Positions 10,591 to 23,889 of a stretch of DNA of 64,000 nucleotides are shown here, piece by piece. A program made the position numbers and the translations under genes. The DNA lies in contig NC_043015.1 of assembly GCF_006345805.1 (NCBI RefSeq), positions 28,582,001 through 28,646,000 of the forward strand, read 5' to 3'. Each line of letters starts with the position of its first letter. Within the stretch, counting starts at the first letter, position 1. Below the pieces are notes generated by a model, which did not search any database, was not told where the DNA came from, and worked only from the letters and a program-made list of their open reading frames with translations. The stretch comes from Octopus sinensis (taxonomy: Eukaryota).

Positions 10591-10911
10591 GTTTTGGTTT
10601 TTCTTTTCTTTTGCTAATTTTAATCTTTTATATTGTTAATGTTTTTTTCTCTCTTTTCTTTCAATTCGACTTAAAAAAACAAATTTGAATGAGTTGATGA
10701 ACAAATATAAGGGAGGCAACTCTTAGCATGCTAATATCCTTTGCGTCAGAAAAAAATTTAGTTGTTATTTTTAAGAGTCAATTTAGCCATGGTCAAGCAG
10801 ACTTATGATTAAAGAGGTTCCAACAGCAATCAACCTTTCTTTTATTTTTTTTAATGTTGTGTAAAGACCACGAGCAAATTATTGAATGGTTAAAAAGGTA
10901 CAATCTTCTTT

Positions 10912-11255
10912 TCCAAAGACATACATCATCTCGAAAGTGTCCAGAAGCTGGCTACCCACATGGTTCTTGGTCTCAAGCATTTGTCTTATGACGAAAGGCT
11001 GAAGACGCTCGACCTTTATTCTCTAGAAAAACGCCGCCGCCGTGGTGATCTCATTCTCGCTCACAACATCATAAGCAGAAAGTGTAACCTCTCGAAAGAG
11101 CTGTTCTACACTCCTGCACCAGAGTGTCGGCTGCGGGGTCACTCCGAAAAGCTCTATCTGCGACGAATTCATCTCAATCGAAGGAGAGGGGCTTTCTCTG
11201 TCCTGGTTGCGGATCCGTGGAATAAGCTGCCGGACGAGATAGTGAAGATTCTGAC
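10912..11255 (+). mobile_element. CR1/L2-type LINE ORF2 C-terminal fragment (copy 50401-50745)
   Basis: LESVQKLATHMVLGLKHLSYDERLKTLDLYSLEKRRRRGDLI...RGHSEKL...WNKLP is the conserved CR1-clade 3' end. Confidence 0.85.
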
Positions 11256-11737
11256 GACCACATATATACGGCAGGCTCCATTCAGTTTCCGTCTACCAAA
11301 TCCACTCACAAGGCATTGGTCGGCCCGAGGCTATAGCAGAAGACACTTACCCAAGATGCCACGCCGTGGGACTGAACCTGGAACCATGTGGTTGGTTAGC
11401 AAGCTACTTACCATACAGCCACTCCTGCACCTATACAGACACGTGTGTGTGTGTGTGTATATACACACGTGTTACACACATGTATAAGATTGACTGATTA
11501 CAGTAATTTATGGCTGCTTTATATTGTTTTAACTTACAAGGCATCCATTAACCATTTCTATATTATTTTTTATGTAGAAATAAAAGCCATTCTTCCTTCT
11601 CTTCAAAAATATCTATGCCATTTAAACTTTCCTGTCAGCAAAGAGCATTTTGGTGCTAAGTTGAAAATACATTCTCAGACCATGTTTTCTATGAATTTAT
11701 TTTAGTTGTTAAGATGTATATTATGTCACTTTATCTA

Positions 11738-12200
11738 TGAGGTCTGATCAAAAAATATCAGAACTTGTGCTATAAAAAGAAAACTATAACACAAATCAAT
11801 TCAGCATTTAATCGCCTTCAAAGTAATCCTGTTCTAAAGACACACACTTTATCCAGTGCCGTTTCCATTAATGGAAGTATTCTTGCAACTTTTTTGGGGG
11901 GGGGGGACAGTGAGCAGTTGCCGCATTGCATTCTCTTAGATTTCCATGATGTCTTGAAATCTTGTTCAAGTGGAATTTGATTTTTGACTTGTTTTTGGAG
12001 TCACAGCCAAAGACCCATGATTTATCACCTCTTGTAACTGTTTTCAAAAGTTTTCGTCTTCCTCAACACAATCAAGGAGATCCTGCACATTTGAAACTTG
12101 ACCCTTTTTTTTGAGATGACCACACTCTACACACTTTACTTCCAAGCATTGTTATAAACAACAGAAGTGTGCATGCGGGACAGGGTTCAAGGTGAATTTT
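11738..12200 (-). mobile_element. Mariner remnant: one TIR plus a decayed transposase fragment (copies near 40842-40980 and 51236-51700)
   Basis: TA|TGAGGTCTGATCAAAAAATATC mariner-type terminus. Minus-strand TVTRGDKSWVFGCDSKNK resembles the IVTGDETWVY.YDPETK motif. Confidence 0.6.
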
Positions 12201-12410
12201 CCAAGTGGCTTCATTGTAGATAACTCAGCAACAGCCCAATCCTTTTTAATCAGACCTTGTATTATAATAATTCTATTCACATTCACAATGCATTCATTAT
12301 AAGAATGAATATCCCTATAATCACACCAGTATTTGACTGCTAATCTATTTCATTGATTTTGTAAAGGTAAAAGATATTATTGAACCAATTGTGTATCATA
12401 CTTAATGTCT

Positions 12411-12748
12411 GAGACCCCCTTCAGTCACGACACAGACCATGAGATTGCACCAAGAAAGTTACTCTCCCAGGCACAAGTCCGGGAAAGTTTGCTTATGGAA
12501 GACCAGCAGTCACCCATGCATACCAGCCTCCCCTCTCCACACCACTGATGTTATCCAAGGGAAAGGCAAAGGGGCCAATACAGCTTGGCACCTGTGACAT
12601 CGCAACTCATTTCTCCAGCTGAGTGAACTGGAGCAACATGAAATAAAGTGTCTTGCTCAAGAACACAACACGCAGCCCGGTCCGGGATTTGAGCTCACAA
12701 CATCACGATCGTAAGCTCTACGCTCTAACCAATGAGCCATGCACCTTC
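12411..12748 (-). mobile_element. Full-length family-a SINE in reverse, head-to-head with the plus copy at 12925 (homolog 51913-52177)
   Basis: Reverse complement of the 184-377 head plus an extended 3' body. The window starts in the head of the equivalent copy. Confidence 0.85.
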
Positions 12749-14735
12749 ACATACTTAATGTAAATACATCACAAAAGGTTGATTTACTGCTGTGTATATC
12801 TCAAATTATTTTATCTCATAAGAACATGCTGCATTAAAAAATACAATATATATATCGAAGGCAGACGAAAATTGTTCTAGTTGCAAAGTGGTAAGTATGC
12901 TAGATGCATTTCTGCCTCATTTAAGAAGGTGCATGGCTCAGTGGTTAGGGCGTCGAGCTTTCAATCGTGAGGTTGTGAGTTCGAATCCCGGATCGGGCTG
13001 TGTGTTGTGTTCTTGAGCAAGACACTTAATTTCACGTTGCTCCAGTTCACTCAGCTGTAGAAATGAGTTGCGACGTCACAGGTGCCAAGCTGTATCGGCG
13101 CCTTTGCCTTTCCCTTGGCTATGAGTATGTGCCATTGACAATGTAGCAGCACAAGCAGTCAGCGCCATATTGGATGAGATCTCACGGCAGCCATTGCCAT
13201 CTCCGAGACGGGAGCGAGACCTCACCTGCATCCATTTGCCATGCGTAAGATCACAACGAGGCTCGTGATAGAAAACTATATAAAGGGAAAACCCTCTTCA
13301 AATCTCTCTTCTTTGGCGCCGCTACACACCAGCGCTTGCTGAACACACCACTGGCTGGAGGCAATTTGCACCCGCATTATCGGAGCTTAAGATGGCAGCT
13401 GAGAGCAGCACCCTTCATTACCTTTCCTGTAAATAAACCAGTTGTAAATAGCATTTATAATTGAAGTCTTTTCTCTTCACCTGCTGGAAGCCTGAACTAC
13501 ATAAAGAACAAAAAGATGATGGAAGGAGATGATATTCCTCCAATATCATAAACCTTGCCTTCCATTATTAAAACAATGTCTAACAGGACATGAACACATT
13601 TAGCATTCTCACCAACCACTGCTAGGACAATCTTCATGTGCCTGATATAAATTGTGTTTTTAAACAAGCATGTCCATATGAGATATTATTTCTGCATGAA
13701 TACTACAGAAAGTTTGCCTTTTCTGATGTATTTACTTTACATATAATATCCAGATGGATATGTATATATATTTAAGTATGCTGTGCATGAGAAGACCTGG
13801 CAGGACAAGTGGGACCATAAGCTGTGACCTCTACATGGGATGTAGCCAGTCCACTTATGCATATCTTTCCTTCTAGGGACACAAAACTCTGCTTGCGAAG
13901 ACCTGTTGAGGCAAGTGAAAATCAAAATCGAAATCGATGAACATCAATGGAAATTGCAGCTGTGATACCAGTGCCGGTGGTATGTAAGAGAACCATCTGA
14001 ACGTGGCCGTTGGCAGCGCCGCCCCGACTGCCCTCGTAAAAAGCACCCACTACACTCACAGAGTGGTTGGCATTAGGAAGGGCTTCTTAACTATACAGCA
14101 ACACTACTTATAGATAGAACATTCTAGAATAGACAGTATATATTCTCTTTGCTACCTTGAGAATATATATGTATATGGTACATTGGCTGTTAACCTTCCA
14201 AAAGTTTTGTAATGCCGCAATTATTGAAACAATGTAATTAGTTTATCAAGATCCAAGACATAATTACAAAGGGTGAACACGGGCGCTCAAAAATTTCAAA
14301 TGTCTAAATTTAAAACAAAGAATATAAAAGCCAGATGCAATCAACACATACATAATAATGGAATATTTACTGAGATACTTTATTAATATGAAACATACAA
14401 ATATTGATTTCACTTTATTCAACCAGAAAATAACGTTTACAGGCAACAGTAGATATATTGTTAAAATAGTAAACTTGCTAAGAAAGGATACTTTAAAAAG
14501 TGTCAAATTTTTCTGTCAATGTATGGCATATACAAATTCATAATATTGATTTAGATTAATGTGGTATTATAATATATCATTGAATAGATATGACCTTGGT
14601 TCTACACGATTACAACTGTAATGACCTCAGTCATTTTACTAAAAACAATTCTAAATAAATTTGCTCAGTTACATTCTCCACATAATACAATGTAGTATTC
14701 CATAAGAGGGAAATCTTTGACAGGGCAATATCAGC

Positions 14736-15899
14736 TTATGTTGAAGGATTTGTTACTTTACCAATGAAATGGATCATTTTAGTTCGGTTGTCAACAATTA
14801 AAAATGTGAATGGATGATTGACATCAAAATCTATACGATTTATAAAAATTTGTGCTGACGCGAAGGTCATGACTATTCCAGTTGCAGCTGCAGCTTCCGT
14901 TCCTTCTTCATTAACATCAACAAATGCTTTATGAAACATTTCACTGGCATAAATATTCTTCTCAGCACCAGTCATTCCAGATAAATCAGCTTTTAGAGGA
15001 TCAAAAATATCAGAGAGTCCAAGCTTTTTCAAAACATCACCCAACTGAAAACTACTCTCTAAACAAAATTTTGGCATATGTAATTTTAGACACATCATTT
15101 GAAATCCTTTTCTGTCAACAATGTCTTTGAGAAATTGAGCATTAATCTCCTTCTCTAAAGCAGCAAGACCATTGATTTCATTGGGAAGAATTACAAACAT
15201 ACTAAATGCTTTCCCTATATAAGGTAACTCAACCACTTTATAGTTGTCACTTATTTTTGTATTAAAACCTTCAGATAGATACATAAAATCATGAGATACA
15301 GTCTTGTCAGAGCTTAAATAAAACTTTCTAGATGATGTTGCTTTTTTTCCGAATGTTTCAGCCCACGTTCCTTTGAAGTATACAGCATTAATAAGAACTA
15401 GAACCGATTGAGGTGTCAAACTTCCACTTGGTAACAGATCAGTAATTTTGTTATTTGTGTTATTCTTAACCCAATCATTAATAGTTATTCTTGTCTTCTC
15501 AGCATTTGTTATAAAGTCTACATTTTCAATATCTGAAAAGAAATATTTTACCATGTTGTTCTTGTAGTCTTCTGAAATAGGGAATTTTTCATTGGCACAC
15601 AAACGATTCACTAAATTGGATGTGACGAGTTTATCTGAGTTTTTCAAAAGTGAAAAATATTCTTTAAAAGCTAAAGCTACAGAATCTGGATTTGATGTTA
15701 TCTTCAAAACATTTTCAAACTGTTTGGAAGAGTTTTGTCTTGCTCCCAAATAAACCATTGATAAAACAGTAGCAACACTGAATGGTGACATGAAGACATT
15801 TTCATTGATTCCTGTAGCCACAGCTTGATAAAGACTGTTTGTAAAATAATCAATTGAAGCGGCAAGGTTACTGATGTCTTGTTTCTTTGCTGAGTCCAT
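14736..15899 (-). CDS. Serpin S2; RCL TGIVMTFA-SAQIFINRID
   Basis: Intact 387-aa ORF. By manual comparison it differs from S1 at about 11 residues, none in the first ~180 aa. Confidence 0.97.
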   Translation of the reverse strand: MDSAKKQDISNLAASIDYFTNSLYQAVATGINENVFMSPFSVATVLSMVYLGARQNSSKQFENVLKITSNPDSVALAFKEYFSLLKNSDKLVTSNLVNRLCANEKFPISEDYKNNMVKYFFSDIENVDFITNAEKTRITINDWVKNNTNNKITDLLPSGSLTPQSVLVLINAVYFKGTWAETFGKKATSSRKFYLSSDKTVSHDFMYLSEGFNTKISDNYKVVELPYIGKAFSMFVILPNEINGLAALEKEINAQFLKDIVDRKGFQMMCLKLHMPKFCLESSFQLGDVLKKLGLSDIFDPLKADLSGMTGAEKNIYASEMFHKAFVDVNEEGTEAAAATGIVMTFASAQIFINRIDFDVNHPFTFLIVDNRTKMIHFIGKVTNPST

Positions 15900-17349
15900 A
15901 TTGTATACGATAGTATCTGGAGAATATAGAATATGAAGAGAAAATATACAGAATAAATTCTTGCAAACATTTCAAAATATTTTATTAGACATTACTGTAA
16001 TTAGAGACATCTATAAAAGCAAAGTCTGAAATCTCTTCTGAACAAACTCTAATTTTAACTTTTACATGAACATATTTCTTAACATAACACAGAGTTAATG
16101 TGTTTTAAACAGTTTTTAAAACAATTAAAAATTTATATGATTAATTAATATAACCATTTTTTTCTCCAATATTTATCTGATATTTGGCACATATCTTAAA
16201 AGTTTCATTTATAAGATGATGTTGGAACTTAACCATGTTTGCATTTCAGAGACAAATTTGAATGGAGCAGGTTTAGTTTTCATTTTTTGCATATATGGTA
16301 AGATAAGGTATCAAGTACAATGATATACTCCACCTGCTGAGAGCCTGGTCAAATACTTGCAACAAAATGACATCCTCAAAAAAGGCCTAAATGTGCCTGG
16401 AGGTGATGTTGAACTAATTAGTGTAATACCAAGCTAGACCGGATCCTGTAAACCTAGACTCAATGGTTAATATTTAGTTTGTAGAATGACCTGTGGGATG
16501 ACGTCAGCAGCTGGGTGCGTTGACCGGAAGCTGGGGCAACCGGAAGGGGCTGCTGTCAGGCGTGCGCAGGCAGCAGTCAATTGGGCCTTTCCAACGTGGG
16601 TCGTCCAAATGACAAGACGTGTGAGGATGGTGGCGAAGGGTCTGGGTGAGCAGCTGCTATCTTTAGTGTTCGGGTTGGAGCTGTGTCGAAGGATTAGCTA
16701 CCACAGAAGGGTCTCCATCACGAGGAAGAGAAGGTAGGTGCCTTTATATTCAAATCGTGCACACACCACATGACCGTGTGAAGGAGAGGTGACGAGAATG
16801 TCTCCTTTAGTACGCCGCACGGTCGATTACAATAAATAGGAAAAAGGATGAATGAGTATGAATGCCAGCAGGAAAAGAGAGACACAACCAGTAGAATGTT
16901 TAAGAGAAAGATTTTATTGATAGTTAACATGTGTGTCTGTGTGTGTGTCATGTATATATAATAATAGACAGGCCGTCATGTATACATAATGTGTGTGCAG
17001 AAACGTGGATGTATGCGTGTGCGATAAGTACAGAGCATTGAAAGAGTCTATAATAGGACGTTAGAAGAATGCAATGCAGAGCCAGTTGAGGCACATGTCA
17101 TGCGTGAAGCTGTGGCTACTATGCAGAGCCGGTTACTTGGTACAGAAGGTTCTCGCAGGTTGTATCTGCTGTTAACCATGGTGAAATAATTCATGAACAG
17201 TGTTGAGTAGAGGCCATTGATTGGTTAAAATCTGAAAAATTAAACTACGTTAAACTTACAAATTACAATTTTCTCAAGAGAGCCAGAAATTGTGTTGAAA
17301 ACTGCCGTTCAAAAGGAAAAGATCCTCTTTTTCTGCAAGGCCTTCCACA

Positions 17350-18307
17350 TGACCATATCACGCCATCCGACAAATTTTTTTTGGCTACATCCTTCAAGGA
17401 ACATTTCTAGAGAATAGTAAGTTAAAGTGCGAGCAGATTATTGATATTTTATATTATTGGGCAAAAGAAGATTTAGCAAAGGGAATAGCCCAGGAATGCC
17501 GTATAGATTGGAGAAATTTTTGCTGTGATATATGTGCAGAATATTATGTTGCACAAAACATTAAGCTCGGAGGGCCAAACTGAATTGTAGAGATAGATGA
17601 AAGAGCGTTTGTTAGAAGAAAATATAATGTTGGCCATCAGGTTAAAACGCAGTGGGTTTTTGGTGCTTTGGAAAGGGATACTAGAAGATGGTATTTGGTG
17701 GCAGTGGAAGATCGGACTGCGGACACTCTTTTAGAAATTATACAAGAGCGTATATAGCCTGGTACAACTGTAATTTCTAACCTCTGGCGTTCGTATAATA
17801 CGCTCAATCAGCTAGGATATAGGCATTTGACTGTGAATCATCATCATCATCATCATCATCGTTTAACGTCCGTTCTCCATGCTAGCATGGGTTGGACGGT
17901 TCGACCGGGGTTCTGGGAAGCCAGAAGGCTGCACCAGGCTCCAGTCTAATCTGGCAATGTTTCTACAGCTGGATGCCCTTCCTAACGCCAACCACTCCGT
18001 GAGTGTAGTGGGTGCTTTTTACGTGCCACCTGCACAGGTGCCAGGCGAGGCTGGCAACGGCCACGGTCAGATTGGTGTATTTTATGTGCCACCGGCAATA
18101 AATTTTGTTGATCCGGTAACATTTGCCACAACCAACCACATAGAATGTTTATGGAAGCATGTAAAGAATCGTAACAAAAGAGAAAATGGAACAGCCCGAA
18201 ATTTACTTCAATCCCATCTCATTGAATTCATGTGGCATTATGAATTTAAGGACGAAATCTTTGGAAAGTTATTGGAACAAATTCAACATCTATACCCATG
18301 CATTTGA
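17350..18307 (+). pseudogene. Merlin transposase fossil, copy 2, with the SINE insertion
   Basis: Near-identical to 5100-6058. Confidence 0.85.
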
Positions 18308-18885
18308 AACGTTACAGAATAGAAGTATCTACAAAGCATTTGTTTTATATTTCATTAAATTCTCTCAGTTGAAAATTATATTTTTATCTTCTAAATAATT
18401 TGCAATTTCAGAAAATATATTAACTTTGCATTTTTAATTTGATAAGTTCTACGGAAACAAACAAGTGACGTCAGATTGAAGTCACACTTTCTTTTACTTT
18501 CCTCCTGACAGCTAATTCCGTAGTGGTGCCTGTAACAGGATGTAGCGCAACTACGTGCTCTTTTGTTTTCTTACACACACGCCGCCGCCTCAATTCAGGT
18601 GGGGTAAACATTTAAATTAACATTTTTTTGTTGATGCTCATATCCCACCAATGGAGCACACGTGTGGCCCACTGGTATAATCATTAAAGGGGATGAGGAG
18701 TAAAAAAAAAAAAAAATCATAAATTTTCCAAACCATTTTTTCATAACAAGATGTTTCCCATCATTTCGAAGGTTGCGGTGAAAAACAATCGGGAAAACCC
18801 AGTCAAAAGGAGAAATTCCAACTTATGTGGTCTTCTTGATCGGAAACTCCTCTCCCTGCTCCCTAAAAAATTTTTCCACCAGAAA

Positions 18886-19980
18886 GGCAATGTTTCGTTT
18901 GTAGTAGCACGCTTGTAGCACGTTTCCGTCGATTTCTGTAAAAAACTTTTATTTTTTTTACATATGGCTTTGCGGGAACATTTGAAGTAATGAGAGCGAA
19001 AGAGACTAAGAGGAAGCGATTTTATGACGAGGAAATTTCTTTTGAAGCTATGAAAGCATTGATGTACGTGTGTGTGTGTGTTTGATGGGGTGTGGGAGAC
19101 AGACAGTATGTTGTGTAAGTGAAGTGCTTCTGTTAGTGTGTGTGAAGAGACAGAGAGAGTAATGTGTGAAGAGAGAGATAACTGAAATTTTTTACTCGAT
19201 TTATGGCTGCATGTATGTGTGTGTGTGTATGTATCTATGTATGTGTGTGTGTATGTATGTGTGTGTGTATGTATGTGCGCATGTATCTATGTATGTGTGT
19301 GTGTATGTATGGCCGATTCAGTAATTTTTTACTCGGTGTATGTGTATATGTATGTCTGAATGTATGTATGTATGTGTGTATGTATCTATGTATCTGTGTA
19401 TGTGTATGTATGTATGTATTTATGGCCGATTCAGTCTAATTTTTTACTCGGTGTATGTGTATATGTATGTCTGCATGTATGTATGTGTGTGTATGTATCT
19501 ATGTATGTGTGTGTGTGTGTAAGTATGTGTAAAAAATTACACTGAATCGGCCATACATACATACATACATACTTACACATACATACATAGATACATACAC
19601 ACACACATACATATATACATACATCGAGTAAAAAATTTCAGTTATCTCTCTCTTTCACACATTACTCTCTCTCTGTCTTTCACACACACTAACAGAAGCA
19701 CTTCACTTACAACAACATACTGTCTGTCTCCCACACCGCATCAAACACACACACACGTGTACATCAATGCTTTCATAGCTTCAAAAGAAATTTCCTCGTC
19801 ATAAAATCGTTTCATAGCTTCAAAAGAAATTTCCTCGTCATAAAATCGCTTCCTCTTCGTCTCTTTCGTTCTCATTACTTCAAATGTTTTTTTACGGAAA
19901 TCGACGGAGGAAATCGACAATCGACGGAGGAAATCGACGGAAACGTGCTACAAGCGTGCTACTACAAACGAAACATTGCC
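18886..19980. mobile_element. Foldback (long-TIR) form of the same MITE with a (TATG)n-rich core; a further truncated arm follows at 19986-20280
   Basis: Arms 18886-19200 and 19622-19980 are inverted copies with consistent internal differences. Confidence 0.8.
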
Positions 19981-21249
19981 GAAATGGCAATGTTTCGTTT
20001 GTAGTAGCACGCTTGTAGCACGTTTCCGTCGATTTCCGTAAAAAACTTTTATTTTTTTACATATGGCTTTGCGGGAACATTTGAAGTAATGAGAGCGAAA
20101 GAGACTAAGAGGAAGCGATTTTATGACGAGGAAATTTCTTTTGAAGCTATGAAAGCATTGATGTACGTGTGTGTGTGTGTTTGATGGGGTGTGGGAGACA
20201 GACAGTATGTTGTGTAAGTGAAGTGCTTCTGTTAGTGTGTGTGAAGAGACAGAGAGAGTAATGTGTGAAAGAGAGACATAATGCTGGTGGCACGTAAAAA
20301 AGCACCCACTACACTCACGGAGTGGTTGCGTTAAAAGGCATTCCAGCATAGAAAAAACTGCCAGATCAGACTGGGCCTGATCGCCTCGCGCTTTCCAGAC
20401 CCCAGTTTGAACCGTCCAACCCATGCTAGCACGAAGCGGACGCATGATGATGATGATGATCATGATGATGATGATTTGTTTGCATCTTGCTTAATATTTT
20501 CAAATATTTTTTAAATGGAAATGTTGGGTTTGTAAATATTAAATGAAGCCCCATCACTGGAATTTCAGTAACAGCAAACAAAAATAGAAAAGTAGATGGA
20601 ATTTCTTCACTGATTCTTGTTCTACTTATAGATAGAACATTCTAGAATAGACGGTATATATTCTCTTTGCTACCTTGAGAATATATATGTATATGGTACA
20701 TTGGCTGTTAACTTTCCAAAAGTTTTGTAATGCCGCAATTATTGAAACAATGTAATTAGTTTCAAGATCCAAGACATAATTACGAAGGGTGAACACGGGC
20801 GCTCAAAAATTTCGAATGTCTAAATTTAAAACAAAGAATATAAAAGCCAGATGCAATCAACACATACATAGTAATGGAATTTTACTGAGATACTTTATTA
20901 ATATGAAACATACAATATTGATTTCACTTTATTCAACCAGAAAATAACGTTTACAGGCAACAGTAGATATATTGTTAAAATAGTAAACTTGCAAAGAAGG
21001 ATACTTTAAAAAGTGTCAAATTTTTCTGTCAATGTATGGCATATACAAATTCATAATATTGATTTAGATTAATGTGGTATTATAATATATCATTGAATAG
21101 ATATGACCTTGGTTCTACACAATTACAATTATAATGTCCTAAGTCATTTTACTAAAAAACGATTCTAAATAAATTTGTTCAGTTACATTCTCCACATAAT
21201 ACAATGTAGTATTCCATAAGAGGGAAATCTTTGACAGGGCAATATCATC

Positions 21250-22406
21250 TCATGTTGTAGGATTTGTTACTTTACCAATGAAATGGATCATTTTAGTTTG
21301 GTTGTCAACAATTAAAAATGTGAATGGGTGATTGACATCAAAATCCATAGGCATACCAAAATAGCCTGACAAATCCATCGCGAACATTCCAGTTGCAGCT
21401 GCAGCTTCCGTCCCTTCTTCATTAACTTCAACAAATGCTTATGAAACATTTCACTGGCATAAATATTCTTCTCACCACCAGTCATTCCAGATAAATCAGC
21501 TTTTTGAGGATCAAAAATATCAGAGAGTCCAAGCTTTATCAAAACTTCACCTAACTGAAAACTACTCTCTAAACGAAATTTTGGCATACGTAATTCTAGA
21601 AACAACCCTTCAAATCCTTTTCTGTCTATAATATCTTTGAGAAATTGAGCATTGATCTCCTTCTCTAAAGCAGCAAGACCATTGATTTCATTGGGAAGAA
21701 TTACAAACATACTAAATGCTTTCCTATATAACGTAACTCAACCACTTTATAGTTGTCACTTATTTTTGAATTAAAAACCTTCAGATAGATACATAAAATC
21801 ATGAGATACAGTCTTGTCAGAGCTTAAATAAAACTTTCTAGATGATGTTGCTCTTTCTGAGAATATTTCAGCCCACGTTCCTTTGAAGTATACAGCATTA
21901 ATAAGAACTAGAACCGATTGAGGTGTCAAACTTCCACTTGGTAACAGATCAGTAATTTTGTTATTTGTGGTATTCTTAACCCAATCATTAATAGTTATTC
22001 TTGTCTTCTCAGCATTTGTTATAAAGTCTACATTTTCAATATCTGAAAAGAAATATTTTACCATGTTGTTCTTGTAGTCTTCTGAAATAGGGAATTTTTC
22101 ATTGGCACACAACGATTCACTAAATTGGATGTGACGCGTTTATCTGAGTTTTTCAAAAGTGAAAAATATTCTTTAAAAGCTAAAGCTACAGAATCTGGAT
22201 TTGATGTTATCTTCAAAACATTTTCAAACTGTTTGGCAGAGTTTTGTCTTGCTCCCAAATAACCATTGATAAAACAGTAGCAACACTGAATGGTGACATG
22301 AAGACATTTTCATTGATTCCTGTAGCCACAGCTTGATAAAGACTGTTTGTAAATAATCAATTGAAGCAGCAAGGTTACTGATGTCTTGTTTCTTTGCTGA
22401 GTCCAT
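21250..22406 (-). CDS. Serpin S3, frameshifted in this assembly but probably intact; RCL TGMFAMDL-SGYFGMPMD
   Basis: ORF fragments 22224-22406, 21771-22112 and 21312-21710 tile a full serpin. The roughly five breaks are all 1-nt indels in short A/T runs (near 22350, 22260, 22110, 21775, 21440), and I saw no nonsense substitution. The RCL was read manually from 21335-21420. Confidence 0.8.
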
Positions 22407-23889
22407 ATTGTATACGATAGTATCTGGAGAATATAGAATATGAAGAGAAAATATACAGAATAAATTCTTGCAAACATTTCAAAATATTTATTAGACATTA
22501 CTGTAATTAGAGACATCTATAAAAGCAAAGTCTGAAATCTCTTCTGATCAAACTCTAATTTTAACTTTACATGAACATATTTTAACATAACACAGAGTTA
22601 ATGTGTTTTAAACAGTTTTTAAAATAATTAAAAATTTATATGATTAATTAATATAACCATTTTTTTCTCCAATATTTATCTGATATTTGGCACATATCTT
22701 AAAAGTTTCATTTATAAGATGATGTTGGAACTTAACCATGTTTGCATTTCAGAGACAAATTTGAATGGAGCAGGTTTAGTTTTCATTTTTTGCATATATG
22801 GTAAGATAAGGTATCAAGTACAATGATATACTCCACCTGCTGAGAGCCTGGTCAAATACTTGCAACAAAATGACATCCTCAAAAAAGGCCTTAATGTGCC
22901 TGGAGGTGATGTTGAACTAATTAGTGTAATACCAAGCTAGACCGGATCCTGTAAACCTAGACTCAATGGTTAATATTTAGTTTGTAGAATGACCTGTGGG
23001 ATGACGTCAGCAGCTGGGTGCGTTGACCGGAAGCTGGGGCAACCGGAAGGGCTGCTGTCAGGCGTGCGCAGGCAGCAGTCAATTGGCCTTTCCATTGGGC
23101 CTTTCCAACGTGGGTCGTCCAAATGACAAGACGTGTGAGGATGGTGGCGAAGGTCTGGGTGAGCAGCTGCTATCTTTAGTGTTCGGGTTGGAGCTGTGTC
23201 GAAGGATTAGCTACCACAGAAGGGTCTCCATCACGAGGAAGAGAAGGTAGGTGCCTTTATATTCAAATCGTGCACACACACACATGACCGTGTGAAGGAG
23301 AGGTGACGAGAATGTCTCCTTTAGTACGCCGCACGGTCGATTACAATAAATAGGAAAAAGGATGAATGAGTATGAATGCCAGCAGGAAAAGAGAGACACA
23401 ACCAGTAGAATGTTTAAGAGAAAGATTTTATTGATAGGTTAACATGTGTGTCTGTGTGTGTGTGTCATGTATATATAATAATAGACAGGCCGTCATGTAT
23501 ACATAATGTGTGTGCAGAAACGTGATGTATGCGTGTGCGATAAGTACAGATGAAAGAGCATTGAAAGAGTCTAATAGACGTTAGAAGAATGCAATGCAGA
23601 GCCAGTTGAGGCACATGTCATGCGTGAAGCTGTGGCTACTATGCAGAGCCGGTTACTTGGTACAGAAGGTTCTCGCAGGTTGTATCTGCTGTTAACCATG
23701 GTGAAATAATTCATGAACAGTGTTGAGTAGAGGCCATTGATTGGTTAAAATCTGAAAAATTAAACTACGTTAAACTTACACAATTACAATTTTCTCAAGA
23801 GAGCCAGAAATTGTGTTGAAAACTGCCGTTCAAAGAAATAGATCCTCCTTTTCTAATTGAAACCATTTTTCTGCAAGGCCTTCCACATG

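Larger units (their letters stand above)
1..20280. repeat. Segmental tandem duplication: unit A1 (1-12741) and truncated unit A2 (12742-20280)
   Basis: The offset is 12741 (ORF 996 vs 13737) and becomes 12268 after a 473-bp deletion near 14104. Confidence 0.95.

Noticed and set aside
19203-19545. MCVCVY-type ORFs (also 26318-26551, 32000-32404, 49785-50128)
   Set aside because: They are translations of (TATG)n, (TG)n and (TA)n microsatellites within mobile elements.
18886-19980. Fold-back chimeric-read artefact as the explanation of the large palindrome
   Set aside because: The arms differ by fixed substitutions and indels reproduced in the independent copy at 26002-26848, and the short derivative retains both TIRs. 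Not fully excluded without reads.
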